Shown here one piece after another: positions 37,553-49,090 of a stretch of 64,000 bases of DNA. A program made the translations under genes and the position numbers. The notes under the pieces were generated by a model. The model saw only the letters and a program-made list of their open reading frames with translations. It was not told the DNA's origin and did not search any database. This stretch comes from Sphaerodactylus townsendi. Its lineage: Eukaryota. The stretch is taken from the NCBI RefSeq assembly GCF_021028975.2, contig NC_059431.1, forward strand, positions 41,540,001 to 41,604,000, given 5' to 3'. Each line of letters begins with the position of its first letter. The first letter of the stretch is position 1.

Positions 37553-38384
37553 GGGCTGTTATGTAAGCGTGATTAGATTTCTATTAGAACTAATTTCAGA
37601 GTTTCAGCTTTGAAAACCAAAAGAATTTTCTGTAAAACTAGCAGACAATTGTTCCACTATTGCTTTTAAAATCTGTTTTTTTTTACATTTTTACATTTTT
37701 CAGCTGTTTTTCTTTTAGTCTATAAACACAGTGAAAAAACCCAACCACTTCTCTCCTTCCAGTGATTTCACCAGACTTCTTCTGTGCCTTGCCTGCTGAG
37801 TTTGATAAACCTGAGGTTGGGGAAATTCTCAGTTGCATGATACCTCCTTTTACTTTTCACACTCTCAAAGAATTAATACGGTTTTTCGGGCTTGTTACCC
37901 TAAATAGACAGTCTCCACTTCAGTTGGGGAGAATTAGCTGGAGACAGAAAGTGTTATGGAGTAACTGGGGTTAATAACCTATGTATACCAGTATCATCCT
38001 GGGTAAAAACTCTCAAATAACATAATGGGGATAAGATATAATTCTACCAACAGAGAATTAAGTATAGTAGTCAATAGCTTTCCTGCCCAGGATTGACACA
38101 CAAGATAAATCCCAAAATTCTCTGAGAGGCAACCATTTTGTGTGGAGCAGCATCTTGCTGTCAAGCCAGCAATTGACCCTGTGCCTTTATGACCTCCCTT
38201 AGTGGCAGCAGGGGTCCAACTGTTTATAGGCTGTTTAGCTGGCTCACAATGAAGAAATTGCTGTCATAATAGATCAAAGATATTCAAAATTGGGGCTCCC
38301 AGCTCTGGGGTGGGAGCCTGTGGTAGATGGGGTTTGGGAAGGGGTAGAACTTCAACAGTGTATAATGCCTGGAGCAATGATTTC

Positions 38385-38730
38385 TAGTTGTAGAATAAAT
38401 AGAGGTACAAGAAAATGATGTTTTCTCTTCCCATTACTTTTCATTATGGTTTTAGAAGTTCTGATTAATGATATTAGAGAAGAGAAACTGATAAGAGGTT
38501 TTAGGATTACATTACCTCATGGTAATCCTAGAGGACCCTGAAGAAAGTATACAAAAATTTAATGAAAAAATTAGAAATGTTTGGTATAGTGTCAGGATAA
38601 AAAATTAATAAAGATAAATCCAAAATTATTGTTAAAATATGTATCCAAATGCTCAAAAATATTGGAGGAAAAATCTGGCTTTCAAATTGTTAAAAGTATG
38701 TATTTAGGGAATTTATGTGCGTTACTGTCA
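38385..38730 (+). mobile_element. Decayed L1 RT fragment
   Basis: Remnants RGTR..FPLLFIMVLEVL, ILEDP, FG.VSG.KINKDKSK, YLG. Confidence 0.6.
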
Positions 38731-38800
38731 CATGTTAACTGGGCTTTGCTTTTGAACATTTTGAGGTGAGGATGGGAGGAGAGAAGCCTTTGTTTTAGAG

Positions 38801-38919
38801 CAGCAGTCTGCAACCTGCGGCTCTCCAGATGTTCATGAACTACAATTGGCCGTGCTGGCAGGGGCTGATGGGAATTGTAGTTTATGAACATCTGGAGAGC
38901 CGCAGGTTGCAGACCCCTG
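38801..38919. mobile_element. Palindromic hAT (Charlie-like) MITE
   Basis: CAGCAGTCTGCAACCTGCGGCTCTCCAGATGTTCAT / ATGAACATCTGGAGAGCCGCAGGTTGCAGACCCCTG, perfect TSD TTTTAGAG. Confidence 0.92.
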
Positions 38920-39195
38920 TTTTAGAGCATTAAAACTAAACAGCAATGATATGTAAGAAACCCTTGGTAAAATACTGCCATCATCCTTCTTAACTATTAT
39001 ATACATTTCTGATCAGAAAATACTTAGCATTTATAGAACTCTTTCAGTGTTCAAATCAGTTCCCACATATAGTCTCAGTAATCCTGACAACTGCAAGGTA
39101 AGGTAGATTTCTCCCTATATTTCCCTACTTAAGGTAGGTTTATCTGCATATTGTAAGTATGAGGAACCGAGAATAGCTAGCACAACCATCTAGTG

Positions 39196-40673
39196 CAGCC
39201 ATTCTCAACCAGGGTTCCCTGGTACCCTGAGGTGCCATGAGCATGTCCCGGGGGTACCGCGGCAACATTACCACCCCCCCCCCTCATTTTGTGGTGTCTC
39301 CCACCAGTGCCAGCAAGGACATGGAGCTGGCCCATGGGGCAGGGCCTGCCACAAGGTCAGCAGCCACCCCCCCCCCAGTGCTACCCTTAAGAACATAAGA
39401 ACATAAGAACATAAGAACAAGCCGGCTGGATCAGACCAAAGTCCATCTAGTCCAGCTCTCTGCTACTCGCAGTGGCCCACCAGGTGCCTTTGGGAGCTCA
39501 CATGTAGAATGTGAACGCAATGGCCTTCTGCGGCTGTTGCTCCCGAGCACCTGGTCTGTTAAGGCATTTGCAATCTCAGGATCAAGGAGAATCCAAGATT
39601 GGTAGCCATAAAACCGACTTCTCCTCCATGAAATCTGTCCAAAGCCCCTTTTTAAAAGCTATCCAGAGTTAGTTCATGCCCATCACCACCTCCCTTGTGG
39701 CGGCATATTCCAAACACCAATCTACACGTTGCATGAAGACGTGTTTACTTTTATTAGTTCTAAATTCTTCCCCCAGCATTTTCTAAATGAATGCCCCCTG
39801 GTTCCTAGGGTGTTGCCAGGAGAAAGAGAGAAAAATTTCTCTCTCTGGTCAACATTTTCTACCCAGCCATGCATAATTTTGTGAGACTTCAATCCATATC
39901 CCCCCCTCAGCCGCCTCCTCTCCCAAACTAAAGAGTCCCAAAGCGCTGCAGCCCCCCTCTCCTCATAGGGAAGGTGCTCCAGTCCCTCAATCATCCTTGT
40001 TAAAGCCTTTCTGCTGCACTTTTTTCTATCTCCTCAATATCCTTTTTTGTGAGAATCGCGGCGACCATTGAACTGGACACGAGTACTCCAAGTGCAGTTA
40101 AGCATCCACTGCTTTTATATACAAGGGCATGACAATCTTTGCACGTTTTATTCTCAATCTCCTTTTCTAATGATCCCCAGCATAGAGTTTGCCTTTTTTT
40201 ACAGCTGCCATGCATTGAGTGGTGACATTCAGCCATGGAAGACTATCAACTAAAAGAGCGCCCAAATCCGTTTTCCTATGGTCTGCTGACCTGGAAGTAG
40301 CACTGACCCCTGTAGCGATGTATGTGAAGTTTGGATTTTTTGCCCCTATAGTGCATCGCATCTTTACATTTTGCTACATTGAACTGCATTTGCCATTTTC
40401 TGGAGCCCACTCACCCTAATTTATCAAAGGTCCGCTTGGAGCTCTTCGCAATGCTTTGTGGTTCTCACCACCCTACATAATTTGAGTGGCAGGTCATCTA
40501 TACCAAACTTGGCCACCCACGCTACTCCACCCTGGGAGGGGAAGGTGGGGAGTGTATGTGGCAACGTAGGGGCAATGGGAGGGAAGCAGTGGAGGGTTAA
40601 TGGACAGGGGTACCGTGAGATATGAAGAGTGAGGTTAAGGGTACCCTGACCTCAAAAAGGTTGGGAAACACTG
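39196..40673. mobile_element. Non-autonomous hAT (Charlie-like) element interrupted by CR1
   Basis: TIRs CAGCCATTCTCAACC ... GGTTGGGAAACACTG, perfect 8-bp TSD ATCTAGTG. Confidence 0.88.
39388..40531 (-). mobile_element. CR1 LINE 3' portion (same family as 13379-14052)
   Basis: (AAGAACAT)n tail at 39388-39418. Minus-strand [13 protein letters not shown] and KKDIEEIEK. Many small insertions relative to the other copy. Confidence 0.93.
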
Positions 40674-42551
40674 ATCTAGTGCAAGATGGTGAATTGAAAG
40701 CTGCCCCACTAGAAAGCCTACAAGTAGTGCAAAGTGGGGAGGGGGCTGGAAATGATGTAAAGAAATGATTGAAAGGAGCAAATGACATCACAAAAAGGAG
40801 TGGGGTTTGGGAATATAGATGGGAAATGACATAATAATGTGACTCCACTTGCCCTTTGGCCTGAAACTGATGTCACAGGATTTCACAAAGTGGCACCACA
40901 TCCATCCTAAGCTCTACCACTAAAATGTCCAGGTATTTCCCAAGTCAGATCTGGATTCCCTGTTAAATGGTATGACTGACTGAGGTTTGAGTGAATTGAT
41001 GATATGACTGATTAAGGAATGAATTATGCAGTCCTAAAACAGTAATACATTCAAAGTCTAAAGCAATAGGGAAAAATCTGTTGAATTATCATGAGGGAGA
41101 GCAGGCTAAATTTTTTGGTCCAGATCATACTTCAGGGGTGATATTACATAGTACAGAGGAGAATGTCTGCAAAATAAGTACATTATACAGAAATGTGAAG
41201 GGCAAATAATGATATGTTTTTTATTTGACTGTCCTCTGGGAACCATGCATCTCAACTCTGCTATAGTGGAAAACACAGAAATGTAACCACATTAGCAAGC
41301 TATAGTTGTACAAAGCTGAGACCTTTTGCACCGTTAAATGTCTTCATATGTCTATGTTTTATCATTTACACCTCTAATAATAACTTTGTTGTCCTGAGAA
41401 ACCACTACCAAAGCATGGTTATTGCAATAAATATTTCTTTCTATCATAGCCAACAGTGCCAAGGGGCATGCAGCTAGATTGAAAGCGAAGTCAAAAAAGA
41501 TAAGGGTAACAAAGAAAATAAGATATTTTACGTGAAATATTGTGAACTGCACTTAATGCAAAGATTTAATTTTAGAATAGTATTTAGAGTTATTACAAAG
41601 AATTATGCAAAGAATTATGCAAATAATTGAAGAATGAAAATGAGGGAAGGGGTGTGAATATTTTCTTTGACTCACCCCCACCCACCCACCCACTATGGGT
41701 CGGTCTGGTAACAAATGGGTGTATAGGACTGACTTAAGAGTCCTGCTCACATTGTTCGGGTTTTTGTCATTGGTCATTCCAACCCTTAGCAAATTATGTA
41801 TAAGGATACTCTCAGTGGGGTTAGACTGGAATTACTCTTGTACTTCAAGATAAACAAGGACACACATTCTAATCAGTGTCATCAATGCTGTGCAGGGACA
41901 ACCCATCGTCAATTATTGGATTTTTTGGCTTTTATTAGTACAACTGTTTTCTGCCACTCTGTCACCCCTGACTGTTTCTTAACCTAAATTTGTTTTAGCT
42001 TCAGGCTGAAAGAAACGATTCATCATAGGCCAACCTTTGTTTTGAAGGTCTATTTTTTTTTAAAAAAAAATCAAAACAACATTTAGCTGTTCTTGTTTAG
42101 CCATTCACAAAGACTCAGTATATGAAATGTTGCCTGAATTGAGCTGACTATACACGCTTCTCCATTTGTAATAGGAAATGGAAAGGGACCAGGGGAATCT
42201 ACCATCAGTAAATAAATAACATCCTCTGCAACAAGCAGCAAACTTCATCAAACCTTCCCCTTTGGAAAAATGCCTTTCATTATATATCTCACCTGCAGCA
42301 GATCAGTTCTATTGACCAAGAAGACTGGTCCAAGCATGTTATGCTGCAAAAGCTAAAGAAAATTCATGTGTGGTGACCCCAGGTAATCTTTTAAGAATTC
42401 TTGTACTGAAAATACTGGCAGTCACCAATAGTTATTTGCCAACATTTATTCTTATTTACAAAAAACAAAACCAATTCAATTTAATTATCAAAAATTAATC
42501 CTTCAGTTACAGCAACTGACAAATGATTTTGTTTGCATCACTGCCTCCATA

Positions 42552-42784
42552 CCCTGTTTCCCCTAATATAAGACATCCCCGGAAAATAAGACATAGTAGA
42601 GGTTTTGCTGAAGTACGAAATATAAGGCATCCCCCGAAATTAAGACATAGCAAAGTTTTTGTTTGGAAGCATGCCCGACAAACAGAACACAGGAAAAATA
42701 AGACATCCCCTGAAAATAAGACATAGCACATCTTTGGGAGCAAAAATTAATATAAGACACTGTCTTATATTTGGGGAAACACGG
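42552..42784. mobile_element. Tc2/pogo-like MITE
   Basis: TIRs CCCTGTTTCCCCTAATATAAGACA ... TGTCTTATATTTGGGGAAACACGG, TA on both sides, internal ATAAGACA repeats. Confidence 0.9.
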
Positions 42785-43424
42785 TATAAATGTCACCCAG
42801 TGATCAGAACCCTATTCATATCACAGGTTACAACTGAGGTCCTTTTCAGCAATTGGCTAAAACTAAATGTAAAGAACTTTGACTTCAATTCAGTAGCATG
42901 CAGTGTAGGAGAGGGATGAAGTTCAAAGGAATATAGTAGCTTTCCAATACATTAATATCAAAGAGAGTAAAGAAAAGTGGATCAATATTTTCATCAAACA
43001 AAGCAATTGGGAAAGGGTTTTTTTTTCCCTCCTGGAGATAGACTCATCTATGGATGCTGCTTTATCCAGATTGATTTTGCTTAGGTTGAGAACTGTAGTG
43101 TTACCATGCAAGGACAGCTAAACTATACTAGGAAATAGTAGAACTGTGTAGAATAGTAGAATAGGAGAACTGTGTGGCATTAGAGTCTCCTCACTCAGCT
43201 ATGTAAATATCTTGGAGACAGGGTTGTAGTCTGCATTCTACAGATTTTCACCTATATATAGAAGTAGCTTAACCACTGATAGAGAACAATTTAACTTATT
43301 CGTTTAATGTTGTTCTAGATTGTTCTGATCAGGCCTGATTCAGACATCTAGTTAGCTTTCTGATAGCAGATCATTTAACTCCTAGCCAGAGACACACCAC
43401 AGTAATATTTCATTCTGTGTATGG

Positions 43425-44968
43425 AGCAGATAGTCTGTAAGCACCTAGAAGGGAATTCTGTGATTATTAAAAGTCAACATGGGTTTCTCAAAAACAAGTC
43501 ACACCAGACCAATCTTGTCTTTTTTTTATAGAGTGACAAGCTTGGTAGATGAATGCTGTAGTTGTAGAATACATTGACTTCAGTAAGGCTTTTGACAAGG
43601 TCTTGCAAGCAAGCTAGTAAAATGAGGGCTAGACAATGCTGCTGTTAATGGATTCATAATTGGTTGACTGACCAAACTCAAAGGGTGCTCACCAATGGCT
43701 CATTTCCCTCCTGAAGAGAAGTGACTAGTGGAGTGTCACAGGGTTCTGTTCTGGGCCCAGTGCTATTTAATATTTTTATCAATGACTTAAATGATGGAAT
43801 AGAGGGCATGCTAATCAAATTTTCAGATGAAACTAAATTAGGAGGGGTAACTAATACAACAGGGGACAGTGTCAAAATTCAAAATGACCAGGACAGATTA
43901 GACAGCTGTGCCAAAAATAACAAAATAAATTTCAGAAACAACGATTGTAAGACACTACATTTAGGTAGGAAAAAAAATGAATTGCACTGCATGTAGGATG
44001 AGTGACACCTGACTTGATAACAGTATATATGAAAGAGATCTGGGAGTCTTAGTAGCCCACAAACTGAACATGAGTGAGCAGTGTGATGCAGCAGCCAATT
44101 CTGGGCTGTATCAATAGAAGTATATTGTCTAGATTAAGGGACATTAGGGGCCTTTCCCCACTTACCTTAAGCCCCGCGCTACTTGAGGAGAGTAGCATGG
44201 GGTCCCCCGGCACTCCTCACGAGAGGGGCGGCGACAGTACAGCCGCCCCGGCACCGCCATGCCCCCTCAGCGCGTGGCATCCCTGGCGCTCTTGCAAAGG
44301 GCCCCTTTTGATGACCCCAAGACAGCAAAGTGCGGGGTCGTGGTGACTCCCGGGAGCGCGCCAGGGATGCCGCGTGCTGAGAGCAGCGCGCGGCATAGGG
44401 GGGATCATGCTGAGTGGGGAAATGCCCAATAATACCTCTCTGTTCTGCATTGGTCAGACCTCAGCTGAAATACTGTGTCCAGTTCTGGGCACTGCAATTC
44501 AAAATGACATTGGCAAGCTGGAACAGGTCCCAGGAGGGTGACCAAAATGGTTAAAGGTCTGGTTTCTATATCCTACGAGGAGAGACTTAGGGAGCTCAGC
44601 TGGGCATGTTTAGTATGGAGAAGAGAAGGTCAAGGGATGACATGATAGCCATGTTTAAATATTCAAAGGGAAGTTAAGTTGAAGAGGGAGCAAGCTTGGT
44701 TTCTGCTGCTCCATAGACTAGGACAAGGAGTAATTGATTCAAGGTACAGTAAAAAATAATGCCACCTAGCCATTAGGAGAAACCTCCTGAAAGTAAGGGA
44801 TGTTCGAGAGTGGAATACACTGCCTCGGAATGTGGTGGAGTCTCCTTCTTTGGAGGCTTTTAAACAGAGGCTGGGTGGCCATTTGTCAGGAGTGCATTTG
44901 TGTATTCCTGCATGGCAGGGGGTTGGATTTGATGGCCCTTGTGGTCTCTTCCAACTCTATGATTCTAT
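43425..44968 (+). mobile_element. Older CR1 LINE (RT region to 3' end)
   Basis: SQHGFLK, DFSKAFDKV, VTSGVSQGSVLGPVLFNIFINDL, KFSDETKLGG; tail CCAACTCTATGATTCTAT. Confidence 0.92.
44148..44427. mobile_element. Harbinger-like MITE nested in CR1
   Basis: TIRs GGGCCTTTCCCCACT ... AGTGGGGAAATGCCC. CpG-rich block interrupting CR1 ORF2. Confidence 0.75.
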
Positions 44969-45220
44969 AAGTCTGTGTATAGTACACAAGTAAATACTAA
45001 GACAACCTCTGCTTTCATTCTAAGCCTTTATATTAAAACATACACATTTTGTTCTTAACATAGGCTAAATCCACAAAACATTATACTCTCCATCCATCAT
45101 TATTACATAGATAGTGATACTACAGGAATTACATATGTCCATTAAGATTTCTTACCCCAAAAGTAACCAGGTCACTAAGACCTCTCTGAGAAGAAGCTGC
45201 CAATCAATATAACCTCTTTA

Positions 45221-45248
45221 TGTGTGTGTGTGTGTGTGTGTGTGTGTG
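45221..45248. repeat. (TG)14 microsatellite
   Basis: Direct reading. Confidence 0.95.
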
Positions 45249-45455
45249 ATATTTTCAAATCATCTCCTACCAATAGCTAAATGTCACATTTGATAAGGGT
45301 GCACATTCTTGACTAAGGAATTATTTATAACATCATACAAGGTTATCTATACTTAAAATGTCTTTTTTTAGATATGATAAGATGTTAGTGCATTCTTGCT
45401 ACTCTTTATCTTGAAGTTTGTTTTAAAACAATACCATTAAGCATGGAACACTTAC

Positions 45456-45543
45456 CTTGTAGTTCTTCTCTGCACAGTGGGCTTGTAGTGGACTCTACTT
45501 GCATTTCTCTGTTTACACATGAGGAGGCACTCACTTCTGCCAT
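45456..45543 (-). CDS. Candidate first coding exon of an unidentified gene (MAEVSASSCVNREMQVESTTSPLCREELQ, phase 1)
   Basis: gctccATGG start, 29 codons + 1 nt, consensus donor CAAG|gtaagt. Upstream acceptor-like tctctgtgcctttcag at 45606. Apparently non-repetitive sequence. Confidence 0.45.
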
Positions 45544-45659
45544 GGAGCTTTTCTGCAGAGAACTCTCATGGTCCTGATTCCCTTAACTCCACCTGTTAAC
45601 TAATCCTGAAAGGCACAGAGATCTCAAGATTGCTGGTTTAGTTCTTTAAGCCGCACTTA

Positions 45660-45860
45660 TACTGATATTACTGTTCCAAAAATAATCCTGCCTCTTCCCT
45701 CAAATGAAAGAGACAAAGCAATTCCTTGAACCATAGGCAGCTAAAGAAGGGAAACATTCTAGAGCTGATATTCTCTCTCCCTCCCCTCCCCTCCTCTCCT
45801 CTCCCCTCCTCTCCTCTCATACGCACACTTCCTGCTGCTGCTGCTGTCTCCACCACCGTT
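45660..45860 (-). promoter_or_regulatory. Candidate proximal promoter
   Basis: ETS motif CAGGAAGTG (45826-45834), GA-rich tract (45772-45818), MEF2-like CCAAAAATAA (45676-45685), directly upstream of the candidate exon. Motif evidence only. Confidence 0.3.
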
Positions 45861-46370
45861 GGAGAACGTTGTTGGAGATTTGTTATTTCAAAACACGCTT
45901 TGTTATTATTATATTGATATCAATATGAGAATTACAGGTTGGTGTGTTTTGGCTAAGCCCATGTGAGTAAGCTTCTTTTCTGTGACTTGAAGTAGCTGGC
46001 AACATGGAAAGGGGTGGGAGAGGGAAAGCATGGATAGCAGTGTGAGGAAATGGGGATTCTGACCATGGGTGGAGGGAAGATGTCCAGGGCATAGCTATGC
46101 TCACTGGCAAATTTGTCTCACTCTGGTGGTGAAGCAAATTAAAATCATGCTAGAAGTAGTCTTTCTTGCCATGGAGAGAATGAAAAGTGAGAGTGGGGCT
46201 TGAAGAAATACATTTGTACAAGAAATTTTGTTGCAACAGAAATTCGCCCTCATTGCACAGCAGACACCCTGTGCATAATAATCTAATTATAAGTTGATCT
46301 TATATATAGCTTTTGGCCCCCAACCAATACCTCCATCCTTGAACCATATCTTCATGTCTGTGAAACTGAT

Positions 46371-46530
46371 GTTTTGCCTGCAATTGTGGCTGGCATTTTC
46401 AGAGGATCTTCAGAGGATCTTCAGAGGATGCAGGTGAAACGTCAGGAGAGAAGGCTGCTAGAACACAGCCATACAGCCCAGAAACCACACAGCACCCCAG
46501 AGATTCCGGCCGTGAAAGCCTTCAACAATA
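46371..46530 (+). mobile_element. Short Penelope terminal-repeat remnant (inverted piece plus direct piece)
   Basis: GCCTGCAATTGTGGCTGGCATTTTCAGAGG (antisense) joined to GATGCAGGTGAAACGTCAGG..CCGGCCGTGAAAGCCTTCAACAATA. Confidence 0.75.
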
Positions 46531-48024
46531 TATTCTTATTGTGCTACTCAGGCTACCCTTATTGTACTACCCAATCCAAAGATGGAGTGTAGATCCAAAG
46601 CAAGCAGGGACGCACAGCTACACTTCCTCTAAAAATGCATTTAGTGGTGAAGTCAATAGAAAACAAAGGAAAACCCCTGCCAGCTGTGCAAAGCCCCATT
46701 TAGGGCAACAGCTTCCCCCCCTCCCATTTTTGGTGTCATAAGTCTGTGCAAGGAAGAATTGCCATTCCCAGGCCAAAAGAACTTAGGAAGCCAACTAGTC
46801 AACATCACCCCCAGGAATTCCCCTGGAATGCCTCCGTCCATGCCAGCATGGCCTCCTGTATCATAGGAACCCTGCCGTAGGGGTGAACTTCCCCATTCAC
46901 CCACCTGTAGAGTGTAGAGCTGTGCCCATTTAGGTGGCACAAGTGATGATGATGCCAGTGCAGGGTCACACCACTTCCAGTGTGGCTTACTGTTCCCTTT
47001 GGATTGTACTGTTAGAGTACCAAAACACACAGGTCTATAGGGGTCTGAATCAAACAACCACCTTCTGGTGAAGCTGGGCATGGCAACGTTTGAAAAATAA
47101 TAAATATAAAACAGAGAGACCAGGATAAAGTTAGCCTGTGTCAACTTTTGAAATATGTGAAATTACTACATGTCAGGATCCAATACCTGGAATTTAATCT
47201 GATCTATTGGTCCAAGCATATTGATTTTTTCTTTAAAAAACAAAACAAAAAAAACCCTGTTTCCAAATTCACTACATGTCAGGATTTCTTTGGACTCCGT
47301 TTGTTCCAGTGTGTTTTTGACAAACACTTGAGTTTCGGAAAATTGATGCTTGTCATCATCACTTTTGTTTTCAAAAAGACCTTTCGACAGTAGGAAAATA
47401 ATATAGCTTCATGGATTGTAAGAATTTCTCACATGACAGGAATTCATAAGTACAACCAGTAACATACTTGAAGCATGAACTAGGAAGTTTACATTATTCA
47501 CATTCTCAATTCAGAATGTCTGTGCTAATCAAAAGGTGATCCCAATTCTTTTGAAGTACTTAGTTCATAATTAAAAAGGGAAAGGCAGCCCCCCTCTGCA
47601 AGCACTGGTTCTTTACTGACCCATAAGGGGTTCTCACATCACAATGTTTACTAGGAAATGGTTTGCCACTTCCCCTTCCTGCACAGCACAAATAAAACTT
47701 CTTGAGGATATTAAAAGTAGCATTTTGAGTAAGAACTCCACACTGCTTTCCCCCCAAGATATCTTCAGGACATTTTATTTCTGCTCAACCTGGATCTTTG
47801 TGAAAACACTACACTAGTGATCTTTCTCAAAACAGGTTGAAGATGTTTCGTGCTTGCTGTGTGTATTTTCCCCACCCAATTTCTAACAGTTCTTACTTTA
47901 ATTTTCACCACAGCTCACACCTGCCATATTCTTCATGCCTCTGGCCATTTGCTGAAGATTTCTGATGGAGGATTCCTCTGCTTGCAGCTCATCCACCCAT
48001 TATTTCACTATATATCATGTCATC

Positions 48025-48323
48025 AGGCTGGAGTGACAGCTCTAGAGTCGCAGGCCAGGGGGGCATGTCCCCTGGCCTCTGCGACAAGCCAGAAGCCAGG
48101 AGATGAGGTAAGCTTTCAGGGATGGTGCGAGGGACATGGCACCTTCCAGCCGCTGCCATTTGCATGGCAGCGGTTGGAAGCTGCTGTTTCCAGAAAACCT
48201 CACTCGGGGAGCAAGGTTGGGAAAGACCAGCAATGCAGCAGTGCCCCCCATGCGAACAGCTCCTTTAGGGATGGCGTTTTTGCTGTCCCTAGGGTGCTGT
48301 TTTTGGCCTGTGCAGAAAGGGCC
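48025..48323. mobile_element. Half copy of the 5255-5734 Harbinger-like MITE
   Basis: Reverse-complement similarity to about 5255-5535. One TIR TGCAGAAAGGGCC. Confidence 0.75.
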
Positions 48324-48426
48324 TACCTGATAGTTATCTGAACAGCAATAATGAAAAAAGATTGCTTTTGTAATTTTTATCAGGGTGTGGAATGATGTAG
48401 GAAATCTCCAAATTTTGCATAGTAAT

Positions 48427-49090
48427 TGGTTCTGGTGGGTTTTCCGGGCTGTGTGGCCATGGTCTGGTGGATTTTGTTCCTAGCATTTTGCCTGCATCTG
48501 TGGCTGGCATCTTCAGTGTATCACAGAGAAAAGTCTACAAAACACAACATTCAGACCCGTATTAAGGAACACAAAAGACTCTGTAGGCTTAACCATCCTG
48601 AAAAATCTACAGTTGCAGAACATGTGTTAAATGAAACTGGACATAATATTTTGTTTGAAAACACTGAAATTCTGGACAAGTCAGAAGCTTACGATGTCAG
48701 ACTGCACAGGGATACCACTGAAATTCACAAACACCAGGACAACTTCAATAAGAAAGAAGAGACGTTAAAAATAAGCAAAGCGTGGCTCCCAGTACTTAAA
48801 AAATGGAGTGATAACCCCACCCGCAATACAATGCACTCAACCACACCTTTGCATAGCAAGTTCCACCCAAACACTTAATGATTGGTTCCCCACCTGGGAC
48901 ATGGACAATATACCACACTAAACTTTCCCTTCTCACTTAGACACAATGTGAAACAGACTTTTTCTCTGTGATACACCTCTGAAGATGCCAGCCACAGATG
49001 CAGGTGAAACGTTAGGAACAAAATCCACCAGACCACGGCCACACAGCCCAGAAAACCCTCCAGAACCAGTTGAAAGCCTCCGACAATACA
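48427..49090 (+). mobile_element. Truncated Penelope-like element: inverted partial terminal repeat, GIY-YIG C-terminal part, terminal repeat
   Basis: IQTRIKEHKR..PEKSTVAEH..GHNILFENTEIL..EIHKHQDNFNKKEE. 48427-48535 is the reverse complement of about 48955-49069. Confidence 0.92.
48976..49016 (+). ncRNA. Minimal type I hammerhead ribozyme motif in Penelope terminal repeat
   Basis: CCT-CTGAAGA-TGCC..AGGT-GAAA-CGTT-AGG: CUGANGA and GAAA cores with a palindromic ACGT helix III. This is a known feature of PLE termini. Confidence 0.6.

Noticed and set aside
42560-42770. Regularly spaced ATAAGACA repeats, superficially CRISPR-like
   Set aside because: Subterminal repeats of a TA-flanked MITE in a vertebrate genome; the spacers are themselves repeated and there are no cas genes.
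45456-45543. Faint resemblance of the candidate exon to the mammalian PPARG gamma-2 first exon (length, phase, a few residues)
   Set aside because: Similarity is too weak and the expected next exon (MVDTEMPFWP) was not seen in the window; no symbol assigned.
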